Shown here: piece by piece, positions 1-9,615 of the stretch | How positions within the stretch are numbered: position 1 is the first letter of the stretch | Layout of the letters: the number at the start of each line of letters is the position of its first letter | DNA from: a virus | Lineage: Duplodnaviria > Caudoviricetes | Virus record (IMG/VR): IMGVR_UViG_3300036766_000429 | Coordinates: 1 to 54,942 of that record | Length of the DNA: 54,942 nt | Reading direction: 5' to 3' (one strand) | Notes under the pieces: generated by a model | Database searches by the model: none | Told to the model about the DNA's origin: nothing | The model's input: only the letters and a program-made list of their open reading frames with translations | Translations under genes and position numbers: made by a program

Positions 1-1
1 T

Positions 2-319
2 GATATAACAGAAATTATCTCGGCAATTTGTGTGGATTGGCGCCATGACGATCTTCGTAGAGCAGGCGTTTTAATTAAAAAAATATCTGTTGGGGCGCCA
101 TCTGAAAAAGAAGATAGAAACAATAAATTATTTACACAAACAATAACCCTTGAGGTACGCAGTGAGTGGCGTCGAGAAATACCGATTGATAATATAATTG
201 ATATCATCAGTTTCTGCGTAGAATTTGGCCATACCAATACTAAAACAGGCGAATTCATACCTGACCCTAATTTGGAATGGCACAGTAATTTGAGTTTAAT
301 TGATGCTTTTGGGCTGTAA
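2..319 (+). CDS. 5'-truncated virion protein, probably tail completion/terminator or neck protein
   Basis: The frame of ORF 32..319 is open from base 2 (DITEIISAICVDWRHDD...), so the gene starts before the window. It has a beta-rich C-terminus (LFTQTITLEVRSEW) and lies upstream of the sheath. Function is from synteny only. Confidence 0.45.
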   Translation, partial: DITEIISAICVDWRHDDLRRAGVLIKKISVGAPSEKEDRNNKLFTQTITLEVRSEWRREIPIDNIIDIISFCVEFGHTNTKTGEFIPDPNLEWHSNLSLIDAFGL

Positions 320-358
320 AATAAGAGTAAGATTTTAACATTGGGTAATTGGTGATAA

Positions 359-1639
359 ATGGAAAGAGCATGTAATCAATGCGGAATTTATAAGGAGCTA
401 AATGCTGATAATTTTAGAGAAACTTTAGGGGCTGATAAAACAATATATTTTAGAAAAATATGTGCTATTTGCGAAAAAGAATATAAAAAACAATGGAAAA
501 AAGATAATAAAGAACGCCTAAAAGAAAACAATAGAAAATATGAACAATCTATTCCTGTAAAATTAAAAAAAATATTACTGCAAGATACTATAAAAATTCA
601 CGGATCAAAAAATGCTGCAATTATAAACGATCTTCCTTACACAATGGAAGATTTACAAGCTTATGTAGAGGCTCAGTTTTTACATTGGGTTAACTGGGAT
701 AATTACGGTTCATTTAGAAAGAATTGGGATGATGCTGATTCTTCTACCTGGACTTGGCGCATTTATCACAAAATTAGACACGAAGATTTTTATGAACGTT
801 GGCAGCTATCTAATATTATAATTTTAAGCTCAAAAGAAATATTAGTTGTTGAAGCAAATTTACGAGAAAGAAAGTGTTATTGTGGTGAAATAAATAAAGA
901 AAGGTTTCGAAAGAATGTAGCTAATATCTGTATTAAATGTGAAAAAGAAAAAGCAAGCAAAAACATCATAACATATAGTGAGAGTAAAGATAAAATTGAT
1001 ATTTTTGCCTCCTTATTGCCAATTAAATATAAAACATGTGCTGGAAAGTGTAAGAAAAACAAAATATTTAACAAAGATAACTTTAGAATAAAAAAGGCTA
1101 AAATTATTGACGGTATAGTTACTAATATTTATTTCGATTCAGAATGTAGAGTTTGTGCCAAAGAAAGAGACGATAATATTAGTCCTGAAAAATTAAGAGA
1201 AAAATGCCGAAGAAGATATAAAAAAGATAGGGCTAGATTTGAAGGTGATCCTGAGTATAGAAAATATTGGACTACTCGTAATTTGATTTCAAGGGCTATT
1301 TATGATGCGCTAAAAAATTCGGGATCGTCAAAATATGGAGATTCTAGTATTGAAAAATTAAAATATACTATTGACGAACTAAACTCTCATATTAATGTTA
1401 AATTTGAATGGTGGATGACTTGGGATAATAGGGGCAAGTACAATAAAAAAACGTGGAAAGATGACGCTCCTTCTACTTGGGTATGGAATTTAGATCATAT
1501 TATCCCTCAATCAGACCTTCCATATACTAGCATGGACGATGAAAACTTTAAAAAATGCTGGGCACTAGAGAATTTAAGACCGTATTCAGCTAAACAAAAT
1601 ATAATTGATGGTGTAACAAGGGTAAGGCATAAAAAATAG
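359..1639 (+). CDS. Free-standing HNH endonuclease with tandem modules (first HNH-like module degenerate)
   Basis: Several CxxC zinc ribbons. C-terminal WMTWDNRGKY...WNLDHIIPQSDLPY...CWALENLRPYSAKQN motif shared with four other ORFs in the window. A degenerate copy lies at about aa 92-160. Confidence 0.8.
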   Translation: MERACNQCGIYKELNADNFRETLGADKTIYFRKICAICEKEYKKQWKKDNKERLKENNRKYEQSIPVKLKKILLQDTIKIHGSKNAAIINDLPYTMEDLQAYVEAQFLHWVNWDNYGSFRKNWDDADSSTWTWRIYHKIRHEDFYERWQLSNIIILSSKEILVVEANLRERKCYCGEINKERFRKNVANICIKCEKEKASKNIITYSESKDKIDIFASLLPIKYKTCAGKCKKNKIFNKDNFRIKKAKIIDGIVTNIYFDSECRVCAKERDDNISPEKLREKCRRRYKKDRARFEGDPEYRKYWTTRNLISRAIYDALKNSGSSKYGDSSIEKLKYTIDELNSHINVKFEWWMTWDNRGKYNKKTWKDDAPSTWVWNLDHIIPQSDLPYTSMDDENFKKCWALENLRPYSAKQNIIDGVTRVRHKK

Positions 1640-1675
1640 ATATTCCTAATAATAAAACAGTATCTAGATAGTACA

Positions 1676-1691
1676 GGCAATAATTTTGTAT
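1676..1691 (+). promoter_or_regulatory. Candidate late-promoter motif (GGCAATAATTTTGTAT) upstream of the sheath gene
   Basis: Resembles intergenic motifs at 4811, 5519, 21807 and 31792. An AAGGA Shine-Dalgarno follows at 1713-1717. Confidence 0.45.
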
Positions 1692-1723
1692 TCATTTAGA
1701 TTTCGTTTTAAAAAGGACCATAT

Positions 1724-4165
1724 ATGGCAGCCACATTTCCAGGCAGTACTAATGATTTACCGGGTGTAATAGTTAACGTAGAAACTCTAAGTCGTGGTGT
1801 CTCAGCTCCTAGCGGCATTAGACTCGCTTGCTTAATGGGTGAGGGCGCTAGACAAGAAACACTAGTAGCCAATGCTGTAGGCGGCGGTAATGACGGCCTT
1901 GACCCAACCTACTCAACTTCAAAAGGTTCGGACGGAAGGCACTTTACTACATCACTTGCCTCGCTCATCTCAAATCGTTCAAGATTATTCAAAAACGGAA
2001 TTGAGCTAAGTATTCTTCAAGGCGCAATTGATAGCAATCCTTTTGACCATAATTACGACGCCAAACTAGAAATCTCTACCGGTCACATTGAACTTCAAGC
2101 GGCTCAATTAGTAGATCAGGGTGGTTCATTTTATTCGGCAAGCGCTACAAATGTTGGAAACGGAGTAATTCAAAATCTTTCTTTGGTTGATACTGACGCT
2201 CCAACTGAGACTTGGACTGTTCGTTGTACTAGCGTTAGGAGAGATGGTTATGGAGCGGCTATCGACGGTTATGCTCGCTTTATTGCAAGAGGAACAAAGT
2301 CAGGAATCATACTTGATGGGTATGGAAATCAAATAGTATGGCAATCAAACGGAATCATTACCAGCAATACCATTCTTTCTTTTGATATTGCGGAAGGCTC
2401 AACGAAGTTCCTAGAGGGAGACACGTTTGTTATTCAGGTTAAAGGCGGTGCATTAGTAGCTGCCGATTCGCTTACAGTAAATTATATATCAGAAGCAGAC
2501 ATTAATGATCCTGAGTTTTTCAGCGATATAAACTCACTTGCTGCTAAACATGGATTTGCAAGCTTAACAAACAGATTAAGTTTGGGCGCGCAGATTTCTT
2601 TTGCAAACGCTACTCCTGGGGTATTTGCTTGTGAAACGGCCCCGGCATTACCTCGTAGAATTTCGTATTCACTAGTAACTTCGGCTAGTGGTGGAGTTAC
2701 GGCTGATGACCTAACATTCCCGCTACCATTAGGAGTTGTTCCGGATGCGAATTCCAACATACACTTCTTTATTACAAATGCAATTACCGGAGTTGAGTCT
2801 CAGGTAATTCCTAATAAAACTGATTATTACAACTCTTCAATTACTGCCAGTCCTAATACGTTTATTTTCGGAGCGTATGTATTTGCTTATACGGTTGTTC
2901 TTGAAAATTCAGTGCAGAAAGCAGGTATTGATGGAGTAATTACAGCGGCAGGAAATCTAAGTTCTGCTACTGTACAGTTTAACACTGACGATGTATCCGC
3001 CACTAGAACTGTTAAGATATATGACGCAACAAACGCCGGTAACAACGGAACATTTACTATTGTGTCTGTTGCTAATGGTATTATTAAGATATCTGGAGGA
3101 TCGTTTGTGGCTGAGTCTAATATTAGATTCCAAGTATTAGATTCTTCTTCACAGAGTGCAAAGGTTCTATTTACTGATGATTTGGCGCTTACTGCTGGGT
3201 CTGCGTTAAGAGCAACGATTGTAGATGAGAAAGATGCAACGTTCTTTGATGCTGGCTGGATTAATGCGTATGAGGCGTTAGAAAAAATTGACATTGATAT
3301 AGTTGTACCTCTTCCGTCACAAACAATTAGTGCAATATTTCAAAGTGGTAAAGCGCATGTTGTAACTCAAAGCAATTTACAGAATAAACACGAAAGAATG
3401 TTGTTTGTAGGAGCGATTCAGGGGCTAACTCCAGAAAATGTTATTGGATCTAAGCTTGCTGCGGCAGAGGATATTGGAATTCTTGAGGGAATTCAGGGAG
3501 ATACTGTTTCCGAGGTATTAGCTGGAAATACAGAGGACTTAACTAATTACGGTGTTCAAGATGCATTTGGAGATACATACAGGGTTGTGTATTTCTATCC
3601 TGATCAAATAGTAGTTCAGGTAGGATCTGATCGTCAGTTTGTTGATGGATTCTTTATAGCGGCAGCAGCGGCAGCGTTCTTCTCCGCCACAAACACCATT
3701 AACACACCGCTTACGAATAAAGTTCTTTCAGGATTTACGATTCTAAGGAACAAGATATATTCACCGATGACGCTTGCGAATATAGCGGCGGCGGGAATTT
3801 CAGTACTTCAGCCGGTTATCGGTGGAGGAAAGGTTCTTTGGGGCAAGACAACTACAACGAGTGGATTTGCTGAGGAAGAGGAAATTTCGGTTATATTCAT
3901 TCGTGACAGGATTGCGAAATCGTTACGAAAGACATTTGCTGGATTTATTGGTACGGCAGAGAATCCAACGTTCCAGACAACGCTCTTTGCAACGGCAACT
4001 GATGCATTCGGGTCTTTCATATCTCAGCGTCTAATCACAGACTTTAAGGATATAACTGTAACGAGAAATTCATTCGAGCCAAGGCAGTGGGACGTTACAG
4101 CGGCCGTTCAACCAGTACAGGCGATTAACTGGATATATTGCAGAGTTGACGTTGGGACATTATAA
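1724..4165 (+). CDS. Contractile tail sheath protein
   Basis: N-terminal LPGVIVNVE (sheath PGVY-like). C-terminal sheath domain (PLTNKVLSG, GISVL, EISVIFIRDRIAK, VQPVQAINWIY). Good SD; precedes the tube gene. Confidence 0.9.
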   Translation: MAATFPGSTNDLPGVIVNVETLSRGVSAPSGIRLACLMGEGARQETLVANAVGGGNDGLDPTYSTSKGSDGRHFTTSLASLISNRSRLFKNGIELSILQGAIDSNPFDHNYDAKLEISTGHIELQAAQLVDQGGSFYSASATNVGNGVIQNLSLVDTDAPTETWTVRCTSVRRDGYGAAIDGYARFIARGTKSGIILDGYGNQIVWQSNGIITSNTILSFDIAEGSTKFLEGDTFVIQVKGGALVAADSLTVNYISEADINDPEFFSDINSLAAKHGFASLTNRLSLGAQISFANATPGVFACETAPALPRRISYSLVTSASGGVTADDLTFPLPLGVVPDANSNIHFFITNAITGVESQVIPNKTDYYNSSITASPNTFIFGAYVFAYTVVLENSVQKAGIDGVITAAGNLSSATVQFNTDDVSATRTVKIYDATNAGNNGTFTIVSVANGIIKISGGSFVAESNIRFQVLDSSSQSAKVLFTDDLALTAGSALRATIVDEKDATFFDAGWINAYEALEKIDIDIVVPLPSQTISAIFQSGKAHVVTQSNLQNKHERMLFVGAIQGLTPENVIGSKLAAAEDIGILEGIQGDTVSEVLAGNTEDLTNYGVQDAFGDTYRVVYFYPDQIVVQVGSDRQFVDGFFIAAAAAAFFSATNTINTPLTNKVLSGFTILRNKIYSPMTLANIAAAGISVLQPVIGGGKVLWGKTTTTSGFAEEEEISVIFIRDRIAKSLRKTFAGFIGTAENPTFQTTLFATATDAFGSFISQRLITDFKDITVTRNSFEPRQWDVTAAVQPVQAINWIYCRVDVGTL

Positions 4166-4799
4166 AATATGTTTAACTGAAGATTGCGGGGCCCAAGCTT
4201 ATAAAAGTGGTCGTTGCAGAGACTGCTCTAACGCAATGGGAAGGGCATTATATATAAAAAATAGAGATAAAAGAATTGCGTCAGCAAAAAAATGTGCAGC
4301 CAAACATGCAGATCGCGTAGCTGCATATGACAGAGAATATCGTGCCAAAAACAAGGATATTTTGCAGGAAAAAGCAAATGTTCGCAGAAATAAAAGAATA
4401 AAAAACGATCCATTCTTTAAATTACGAATATATGTGTCAACAGCAATCTTTACAGGATTAAAAAATAATAACGGATCTAAATGCGGCGTGTCGATAATAT
4501 TAGCATTGCCATATACAATAGGGGAATTAAAACTGTATTTAGAGTCTTTGTTTGAGCCTTGGATGACATGGGAAAATAGAGGAAGGTATGTAGCTAAAAA
4601 ATGGGATGATAACGATCCTACTACTTGGAGATGGCAATTAGATCACATTATTCCGCAGGCTGATTTGCCGTACGATTTAATGGAACATCCTAATTTTAAA
4701 AAGTGTTGGGCGCTGTCTAATTTGCGGCCATTAAGTGCAAAAACAAACGTATTAGATGGAATTCATAAAGTTAGACATAATAGCGTTGCATTTTTATAG
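4146..4799 (+). CDS. Free-standing HNH endonuclease between sheath and tube
   Basis: Cys motifs at the N-terminus; LFEPWMTWENRG...WQLDHIIPQADLPY...CWALSNLRPLSAKTN. The TTG start overlaps the sheath 3' end and is uncertain. Confidence 0.8.
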   Translation: MTLGHYKICLTEDCGAQAYKSGRCRDCSNAMGRALYIKNRDKRIASAKKCAAKHADRVAAYDREYRAKNKDILQEKANVRRNKRIKNDPFFKLRIYVSTAIFTGLKNNNGSKCGVSIILALPYTIGELKLYLESLFEPWMTWENRGRYVAKKWDDNDPTTWRWQLDHIIPQADLPYDLMEHPNFKKCWALSNLRPLSAKTNVLDGIHKVRHNSVAFL

Positions 4800-4810
4800 A
4801 TTAGAACGTA

Positions 4811-4825
4811 GGCATAATGGTGTAT
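4811..4825 (+). promoter_or_regulatory. Candidate late-promoter motif (GGCATAATGGTGTAT) upstream of the tube gene
   Basis: Intergenic; matches the shared 15-bp pattern. Confidence 0.45.
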
Positions 4826-4862
4826 TTTGATGAGTGTATAACAACTTAAATTGGATGGATAA

Positions 4863-5483
4863 ATGGTAACTTTAAATACAGAGTCTAGTTCTTCTGATGG
4901 GCAGAATAAAACTTTCACATCGGTAAGCACAAACATCATAATTAAAGTAGGTGCCAATCCGGTTGGAGCTATAACCTCTCTGTCAATTAATGAAAACAGA
5001 CCGATTGCAATGATTGATGAAGTTGGAACTGACGGTCATATTGATAGCGTTCCGAAATCAGCTACTAATATTACCGGAGATTGCAAGCGTACTCGTTTTG
5101 ATAATTTAAGAATTGCGGCGGCGTTTAGTAGAGGGTTTATCCACGTAGCGTCACAAAGAGTTCCGTTTGACATTCATATTATTGATACGTTTGCTGGTTC
5201 TGATCCTGGCTCGATGCTTACAACTGTTATTAAAAGCGTTTGGATCAGTAAAATTAATTATACATACAGCGCGTCTGACTTTATCATTGTTGAAGATATG
5301 TCTTGGGAAGCCGAGAGAATTTATTCTACAATTGGATCTGGCAACGCAGTAACAACTGTCGCTGGCGGCCGTAACTTAATATTGCCAGGAACCCCGAATG
5401 AATTTGAGCGTCAAACTGATAGGGGCGGTCGCATTGGTTCTTTGGATGCCTCTGGGTTACTACTTGAAATTGGTTTGGTATAA
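4863..5483 (+). CDS. Tail tube protein
   Basis: 206 aa, beta-rich, with jumbo-phage tube-like motifs (IKVGANPVGAITSLSINENR, EVGTDG, PFDIHIID, WISKINYTYS). Located after the sheath. Confidence 0.8.
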   Translation: MVTLNTESSSSDGQNKTFTSVSTNIIIKVGANPVGAITSLSINENRPIAMIDEVGTDGHIDSVPKSATNITGDCKRTRFDNLRIAAAFSRGFIHVASQRVPFDIHIIDTFAGSDPGSMLTTVIKSVWISKINYTYSASDFIIVEDMSWEAERIYSTIGSGNAVTTVAGGRNLILPGTPNEFERQTDRGGRIGSLDASGLLLEIGLV

Positions 5484-5502
5484 CTGATCGAAACTGCCTG
5501 AT

Positions 5503-5552
5503 ATATATACTTGTTGTGCGTATAATGTCGCATAATAACAAGGAGTATATAT
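5503..5552 (+). promoter_or_regulatory. Imperfect hairpin occluding the RBS/start of the chaperone gene, with a candidate promoter motif (5519-5533) in its upper stem/loop
   Basis: Pairings ATATATA/TATATAT, CTTGTT/AACAAG and GTGCG/CGCAT overlap AAGGAG and the ATG at 5551. Confidence 0.45.
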
Positions 5553-6180
5553 GGGAAGAATAGAAAGCGATATTGGATCTAGAGAATTTGATTCTTCTGG
5601 GTCTGGGATGAGAAACTTTACTGTAAACGATGAAAGTCAGCCTCAGCAGCCTCAAATGACAGCTGCCGAGGTAATGGCGGCTCGTCAACGAAAGGTACAG
5701 GAATATGGGCAAGTAAGCGATTCTGCAAAGCGTAGAATTGAATTACTTGTTGGTATTGGGAGATCAAAAGTTGATGTCCCGGTAGAAACTGATAATGGCA
5801 AAACTACGTATTCTTTACGAACTCTTAAGAGCAGAGAGGTAAAAAAAGTACTTCATCTTGCAACAGAATTATCTGACAATAAAACAAGTCAATTAGAAGG
5901 CGTGTTAATATTAAGAGAAAGAGTTTTGGCGTATTCGCTATATGCTATTGACGGCGTTGATGTTGATATAATGCTTAATATAGTTGGGAACGAGCATGAG
6001 AGGATAGCGGCGCGGGCGGCATTTTTAGAGGAGCAAGATGACAGTTTTATTGGTCACATTTACGAGCATTATGAAAAATTAACAAAAAACAATACAGCTA
6101 AATATTCTGTTAAGACAGAAGAGGAGGCGAAGGAGGTTGCTGAGCAAATGACCAAAAGTGGTGAAGGACCCAGGGCATAG
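5551..6180 (+). CDS. Tail assembly chaperone (lambda G-like position)
   Basis: Between tube and tape measure; YSLRTLKSRE motif and acidic helical C-terminus; strong SD. Confidence 0.65.
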   Translation: MGRIESDIGSREFDSSGSGMRNFTVNDESQPQQPQMTAAEVMAARQRKVQEYGQVSDSAKRRIELLVGIGRSKVDVPVETDNGKTTYSLRTLKSREVKKVLHLATELSDNKTSQLEGVLILRERVLAYSLYAIDGVDVDIMLNIVGNEHERIAARAAFLEEQDDSFIGHIYEHYEKLTKNNTAKYSVKTEEEAKEVAEQMTKSGEGPRA

Positions 6181-6517
6181 ATTCCTTCATTATTTATGTG
6201 AGACATTTGGAAAGAATCCTGACGATGATTTTTTTGAGGAGATGGATCCGTTTGTAAAACTTTGGTGGTTCGAGCATTGGTCAAACAAAATCGTGACTGA
6301 ACTTGAGAATTATAAGTCTTTAGCAATTTTAGTTGGGTCATTTTCTAATTTGGAGATGGCTCAGAAAATGGTAAAGAAAGACAATCCAGATTTCCAGTCA
6401 TCAGAAGAGGATGTAGAAAAATCTATGAAAATGATAAGAGAGTATAAATCAGAGGAAGAGATACAACAAGCAACAACGCCACCACGTAGGAGAAGAAGAA
6501 AAGTGGTTAAGGAATAA
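6158..6517 (+). CDS. Second tail assembly chaperone ORF (T-like), overlapping in the +1 frame
   Basis: Overlaps the upstream ORF by 23 nt, has a GTG start with no well-spaced SD, and sits directly before the tape measure. Confidence 0.55.
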   Translation: MVKDPGHRFLHYLCETFGKNPDDDFFEEMDPFVKLWWFEHWSNKIVTELENYKSLAILVGSFSNLEMAQKMVKKDNPDFQSSEEDVEKSMKMIREYKSEEEIQQATTPPRRRRRKVVKE

Positions 6518-6521
6518 TTAG

Positions 6522-8666
6522 ATGGCAGCAGGAGATCCAATAGCACCGGAGGCACCGGCGATATCGCCAGGAACGCCAACCACAATTGATGCAGCAACAG
6601 CCAGCGCCAGTAAATATAAAGATGTTATGGGGGCGCTGAATGAGATGACAAAGTTGGCCGGAAATACAATTGAGCAAGTTTGGAATAATTTGTCGAAGAT
6701 AAATTTAGACAGTATTACCGATCAATTGTCTGTTGCTAGTTCTGGAATAAATGATTTTGGTGCGCAGGGAGGTTTTGCACTTCTTGCTATGAGTAATGTT
6801 ATAAAAGTTAATGCTGACTTATTTGGGCAGCTTGGAGTTGCCGGCAAACAATCTGGATTATCTATTGCTGAAGGATTTACAAGTTTAAAACCATTTTTAG
6901 AGAAAATTCCATTAATAGGACTTTTAGCTCCCGGTCTTGAGCGAGTAGCTAGTGCGGCGGATCAATTTCAGTCTTTAGAGACGGGTATAATCGCAGCAGC
7001 GGCGGCTTCAGGCAATCTAAACAACATAATGGGCGCGGTTCATGAAAATTTTGATGGACTAGATGATGTAGCTGCTCAATACAACGCGCAAATAAATGAC
7101 GCAGCTACACGCAGTGGAATGTTGATACCAACTGTTGCCAAGTATGCTGCTGAATTAATGAAAATACCTGGCGCATTAACAGATACAACTTATGAGTTCG
7201 GAGAAAGTGCGGGCAAAACAAAGACATCTGTGAACGATCTTTCTGACGGAATGAAGGTCGCGGCTGCATACGGTCTTAATCTTGCCGATGTTAGCAAAAG
7301 ACAAAATGAGCTTTATACTAAGTTTAATATAGAAGGCGGAGCGAGTCTAAGTATTATTGCAAAAATGGCCAAGGCAAGTCAAGATTTGGAAGTGCCAATG
7401 GAAATAATAAATAGTTCTACTATGAAAATAGCCGACTCATTTAAATTATTTGGAGATAATACCAGTAGTGCGTTGACGATTGTGAGTGCTTTCCAGGGAG
7501 CTTTGAAAGACACGACATCAAAGGAAGCAATTACAGAGGTAGTTGAGGGGTTTTCTTCTGGAATAAAAAGTATGGACACGGCTCAACAGGCATTTATTTC
7601 TGCGCAATCAGGAGGTAAAGGCGGTATTGCCGGAGCTATGCACGTTCAGTTTTTGCAGCAACAGGGCAAAATGGATGAAGTGGCGGAAATGGCAAGAAAA
7701 GCTATGACCCGCCAATTTGGTAGAATATCAACAACCGCAGATGTAGAAAAAAATGCAGCATTAGCCCCACAAGTACTAAAAGAACAAACCATGTTAATAA
7801 ATATGGGGTTAGCAAAAGATCAAGGCTCTGCTAATAAACTTATTGAATTTCTTGCGACTGGCAAAAAAATTGAAGAGAAAAAAGACGATCAAAAAGTTTT
7901 ATCGGAAGCCATAGACAGAGGAGATAGATTTCAACAAAAACAAACAAGTGATTTAATAAGTATTGCTAATGCTGGGACTATAGCTCAGCAATTAACAGCG
8001 GCGTCTAGCTATGCACTTTTGCAAACTATGAAAGGCACCGCTGAAAAAGGTATGAGTAAAATTCCTACTGGCGAAATGGCTAGTTATTTAAACCCTGCCG
8101 TAGATGCATTCAAGAGCAGTATGAATGTTAAGAATCTAATGGATACAGACGCATTGTCCGGTATGGCGGCAGCAATCGCGGAGAAAGCGGGTGCGAAAGA
8201 ATATATTAGACCAGTATTTGCGGCAGATGAGGCAAAAGAGGCAGAAGAAAAGAAGAAAGCGGAAAAGGCAAAAACAGGAATTGATTTATTATCTGTAAAG
8301 GCGGAAGAAGAAAACCCAGCTAGACATGAAGAAGCGTTACGTCGCTCTGGTATTCTTGGAATTTCTCCGTCCGCACCAGTAGCCCCTGAAAGTCGCTCTG
8401 GTATTCTTGGAATTTCTCCGTCCGCACCAGTAGCCCCTGAAACGCGCGCCGATCTTCTGCCACCACACGAGGAAAGATTACCTGCTGGGGCACATGGAGC
8501 CGCTGCACGAGCAATTGGAGGAGGCGCTGGCGTTCGAGGGCAAGATAATTTAGTTAATATAAAAATACAAATTGTAGAATCAGATTTATTTAAAGTCAAA
8601 ATCCACGAAGAATCTAAAAAATATCTAGATGGAGTTTTTAACATTACAACGGGGAGTTCTAAATAA
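6522..8666 (+). CDS. Tape measure protein
   Basis: Ala/Gly/Ser-rich, predicted helical, 714 aa; canonical position after the chaperones. Confidence 0.75.
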   Translation: MAAGDPIAPEAPAISPGTPTTIDAATASASKYKDVMGALNEMTKLAGNTIEQVWNNLSKINLDSITDQLSVASSGINDFGAQGGFALLAMSNVIKVNADLFGQLGVAGKQSGLSIAEGFTSLKPFLEKIPLIGLLAPGLERVASAADQFQSLETGIIAAAAASGNLNNIMGAVHENFDGLDDVAAQYNAQINDAATRSGMLIPTVAKYAAELMKIPGALTDTTYEFGESAGKTKTSVNDLSDGMKVAAAYGLNLADVSKRQNELYTKFNIEGGASLSIIAKMAKASQDLEVPMEIINSSTMKIADSFKLFGDNTSSALTIVSAFQGALKDTTSKEAITEVVEGFSSGIKSMDTAQQAFISAQSGGKGGIAGAMHVQFLQQQGKMDEVAEMARKAMTRQFGRISTTADVEKNAALAPQVLKEQTMLINMGLAKDQGSANKLIEFLATGKKIEEKKDDQKVLSEAIDRGDRFQQKQTSDLISIANAGTIAQQLTAASSYALLQTMKGTAEKGMSKIPTGEMASYLNPAVDAFKSSMNVKNLMDTDALSGMAAAIAEKAGAKEYIRPVFAADEAKEAEEKKKAEKAKTGIDLLSVKAEEENPARHEEALRRSGILGISPSAPVAPESRSGILGISPSAPVAPETRADLLPPHEERLPAGAHGAAARAIGGGAGVRGQDNLVNIKIQIVESDLFKVKIHEESKKYLDGVFNITTGSSK
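8341..8442 (+). repeat. Perfect 2 x 51-bp in-frame tandem duplication in the tape measure gene
   Basis: 8341-8391 is identical to 8392-8442; encodes RSGILGISPSAPVAPE twice. Confidence 0.95.
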
Positions 8667-9607
8667 TGTCTTATCCTAAAGAACCACAGGATGTTTTTTC
8701 GCTAACTAGCCAAGCAATTGTAGGTGGTAATAGAGACGTTCCTGGTTTTACGACATCTTCTGCCGGCAATGGCGGAGGTACTGCTAACAATATAACTCCG
8801 AACATTCCAGCTGACAGATCGGCAGTTTTATCGCGTAATATTATTCATTGGTTTATTCCTGAGTCCGGCGTTATTGAAATGTATGTTAATCCGCAAAGCA
8901 TTTCGTATAGCGAGAAAAAACACATAACAAGCAACAGAACTAAGGGCGGTTATGTTATGCAATATTGGGGAGAAGAGTTATCTCAAATGAAAATACAGGG
9001 CACAACAGGAAGCTCTGGAATTGAAGGTATAAATGTATTAGAAAATATTTACAGAAGTGAGCAGAGAGCATTTGATCCGTATGCCCTTGCGTTAGCGTCT
9101 GATAGGGATGCTGAGAACAATGATCAGTTTTCGTTCTTAGGAGATTTTCCAAGTAATAGTCTTGGGGCAACGTTAACTGGTGCTGGCAAAAGCTTTCTTG
9201 ACCTAGCCTCAAACGCAATTGAGACAGGGAGCACTGTGTCTACAAGAGCCCAACCAACCCTAGCATCATTAGCATTTGGGGTAGAAATGTATTATTCCGG
9301 GTGGGTATTCCGTGGATATTTTACAGACTTTTCAGTTGAAGAGAAAGCCAGCAACTTAGGGCTTTTTGATTACAACATGGCATTTGTAGTTGTACAGCGC
9401 AGAGGAACTAGAAACAACTTCTTGGGATGGCACCGAAGCCCAACGCACGGGCCAAGCATGAGCGATCCTGAGCACGGGCCGCCATACAGCTATAAGAGCC
9501 TGTATAATGAGCAAGCTACTCCGAACAGAATTTCTAAATCAAATCAAGGGCTTTCTCTTAAGGATGCGCTTGAAGATGCTGGAGATTTTATAACAAGCAT
9601 ATTTTAG
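8666..9607 (+). CDS. Tail tube initiator / baseplate-tube junction protein (gp48/gp54/P2 gpU-like)
   Basis: MYVNPQSISYSEKK...RTKGG...WGEE...IQGTTG and FRGYFTDFSVEE motifs; follows the tape measure. Confidence 0.65.
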   Translation: MSYPKEPQDVFSLTSQAIVGGNRDVPGFTTSSAGNGGGTANNITPNIPADRSAVLSRNIIHWFIPESGVIEMYVNPQSISYSEKKHITSNRTKGGYVMQYWGEELSQMKIQGTTGSSGIEGINVLENIYRSEQRAFDPYALALASDRDAENNDQFSFLGDFPSNSLGATLTGAGKSFLDLASNAIETGSTVSTRAQPTLASLAFGVEMYYSGWVFRGYFTDFSVEEKASNLGLFDYNMAFVVVQRRGTRNNFLGWHRSPTHGPSMSDPEHGPPYSYKSLYNEQATPNRISKSNQGLSLKDALEDAGDFITSIF

Positions 9608-9615
9608 GAAGTTAT

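Noticed and set aside
1661-1670. TATCTAGATA palindrome
   Set aside because: A single 10-bp AT-rich palindrome is expected by chance and has no other support.
8341-8442. CRISPR array or DGR template/variable repeat
   Set aside because: Only two adjacent identical units with no spacer, no adenine-specific mismatches and no cas or reverse transcriptase gene.
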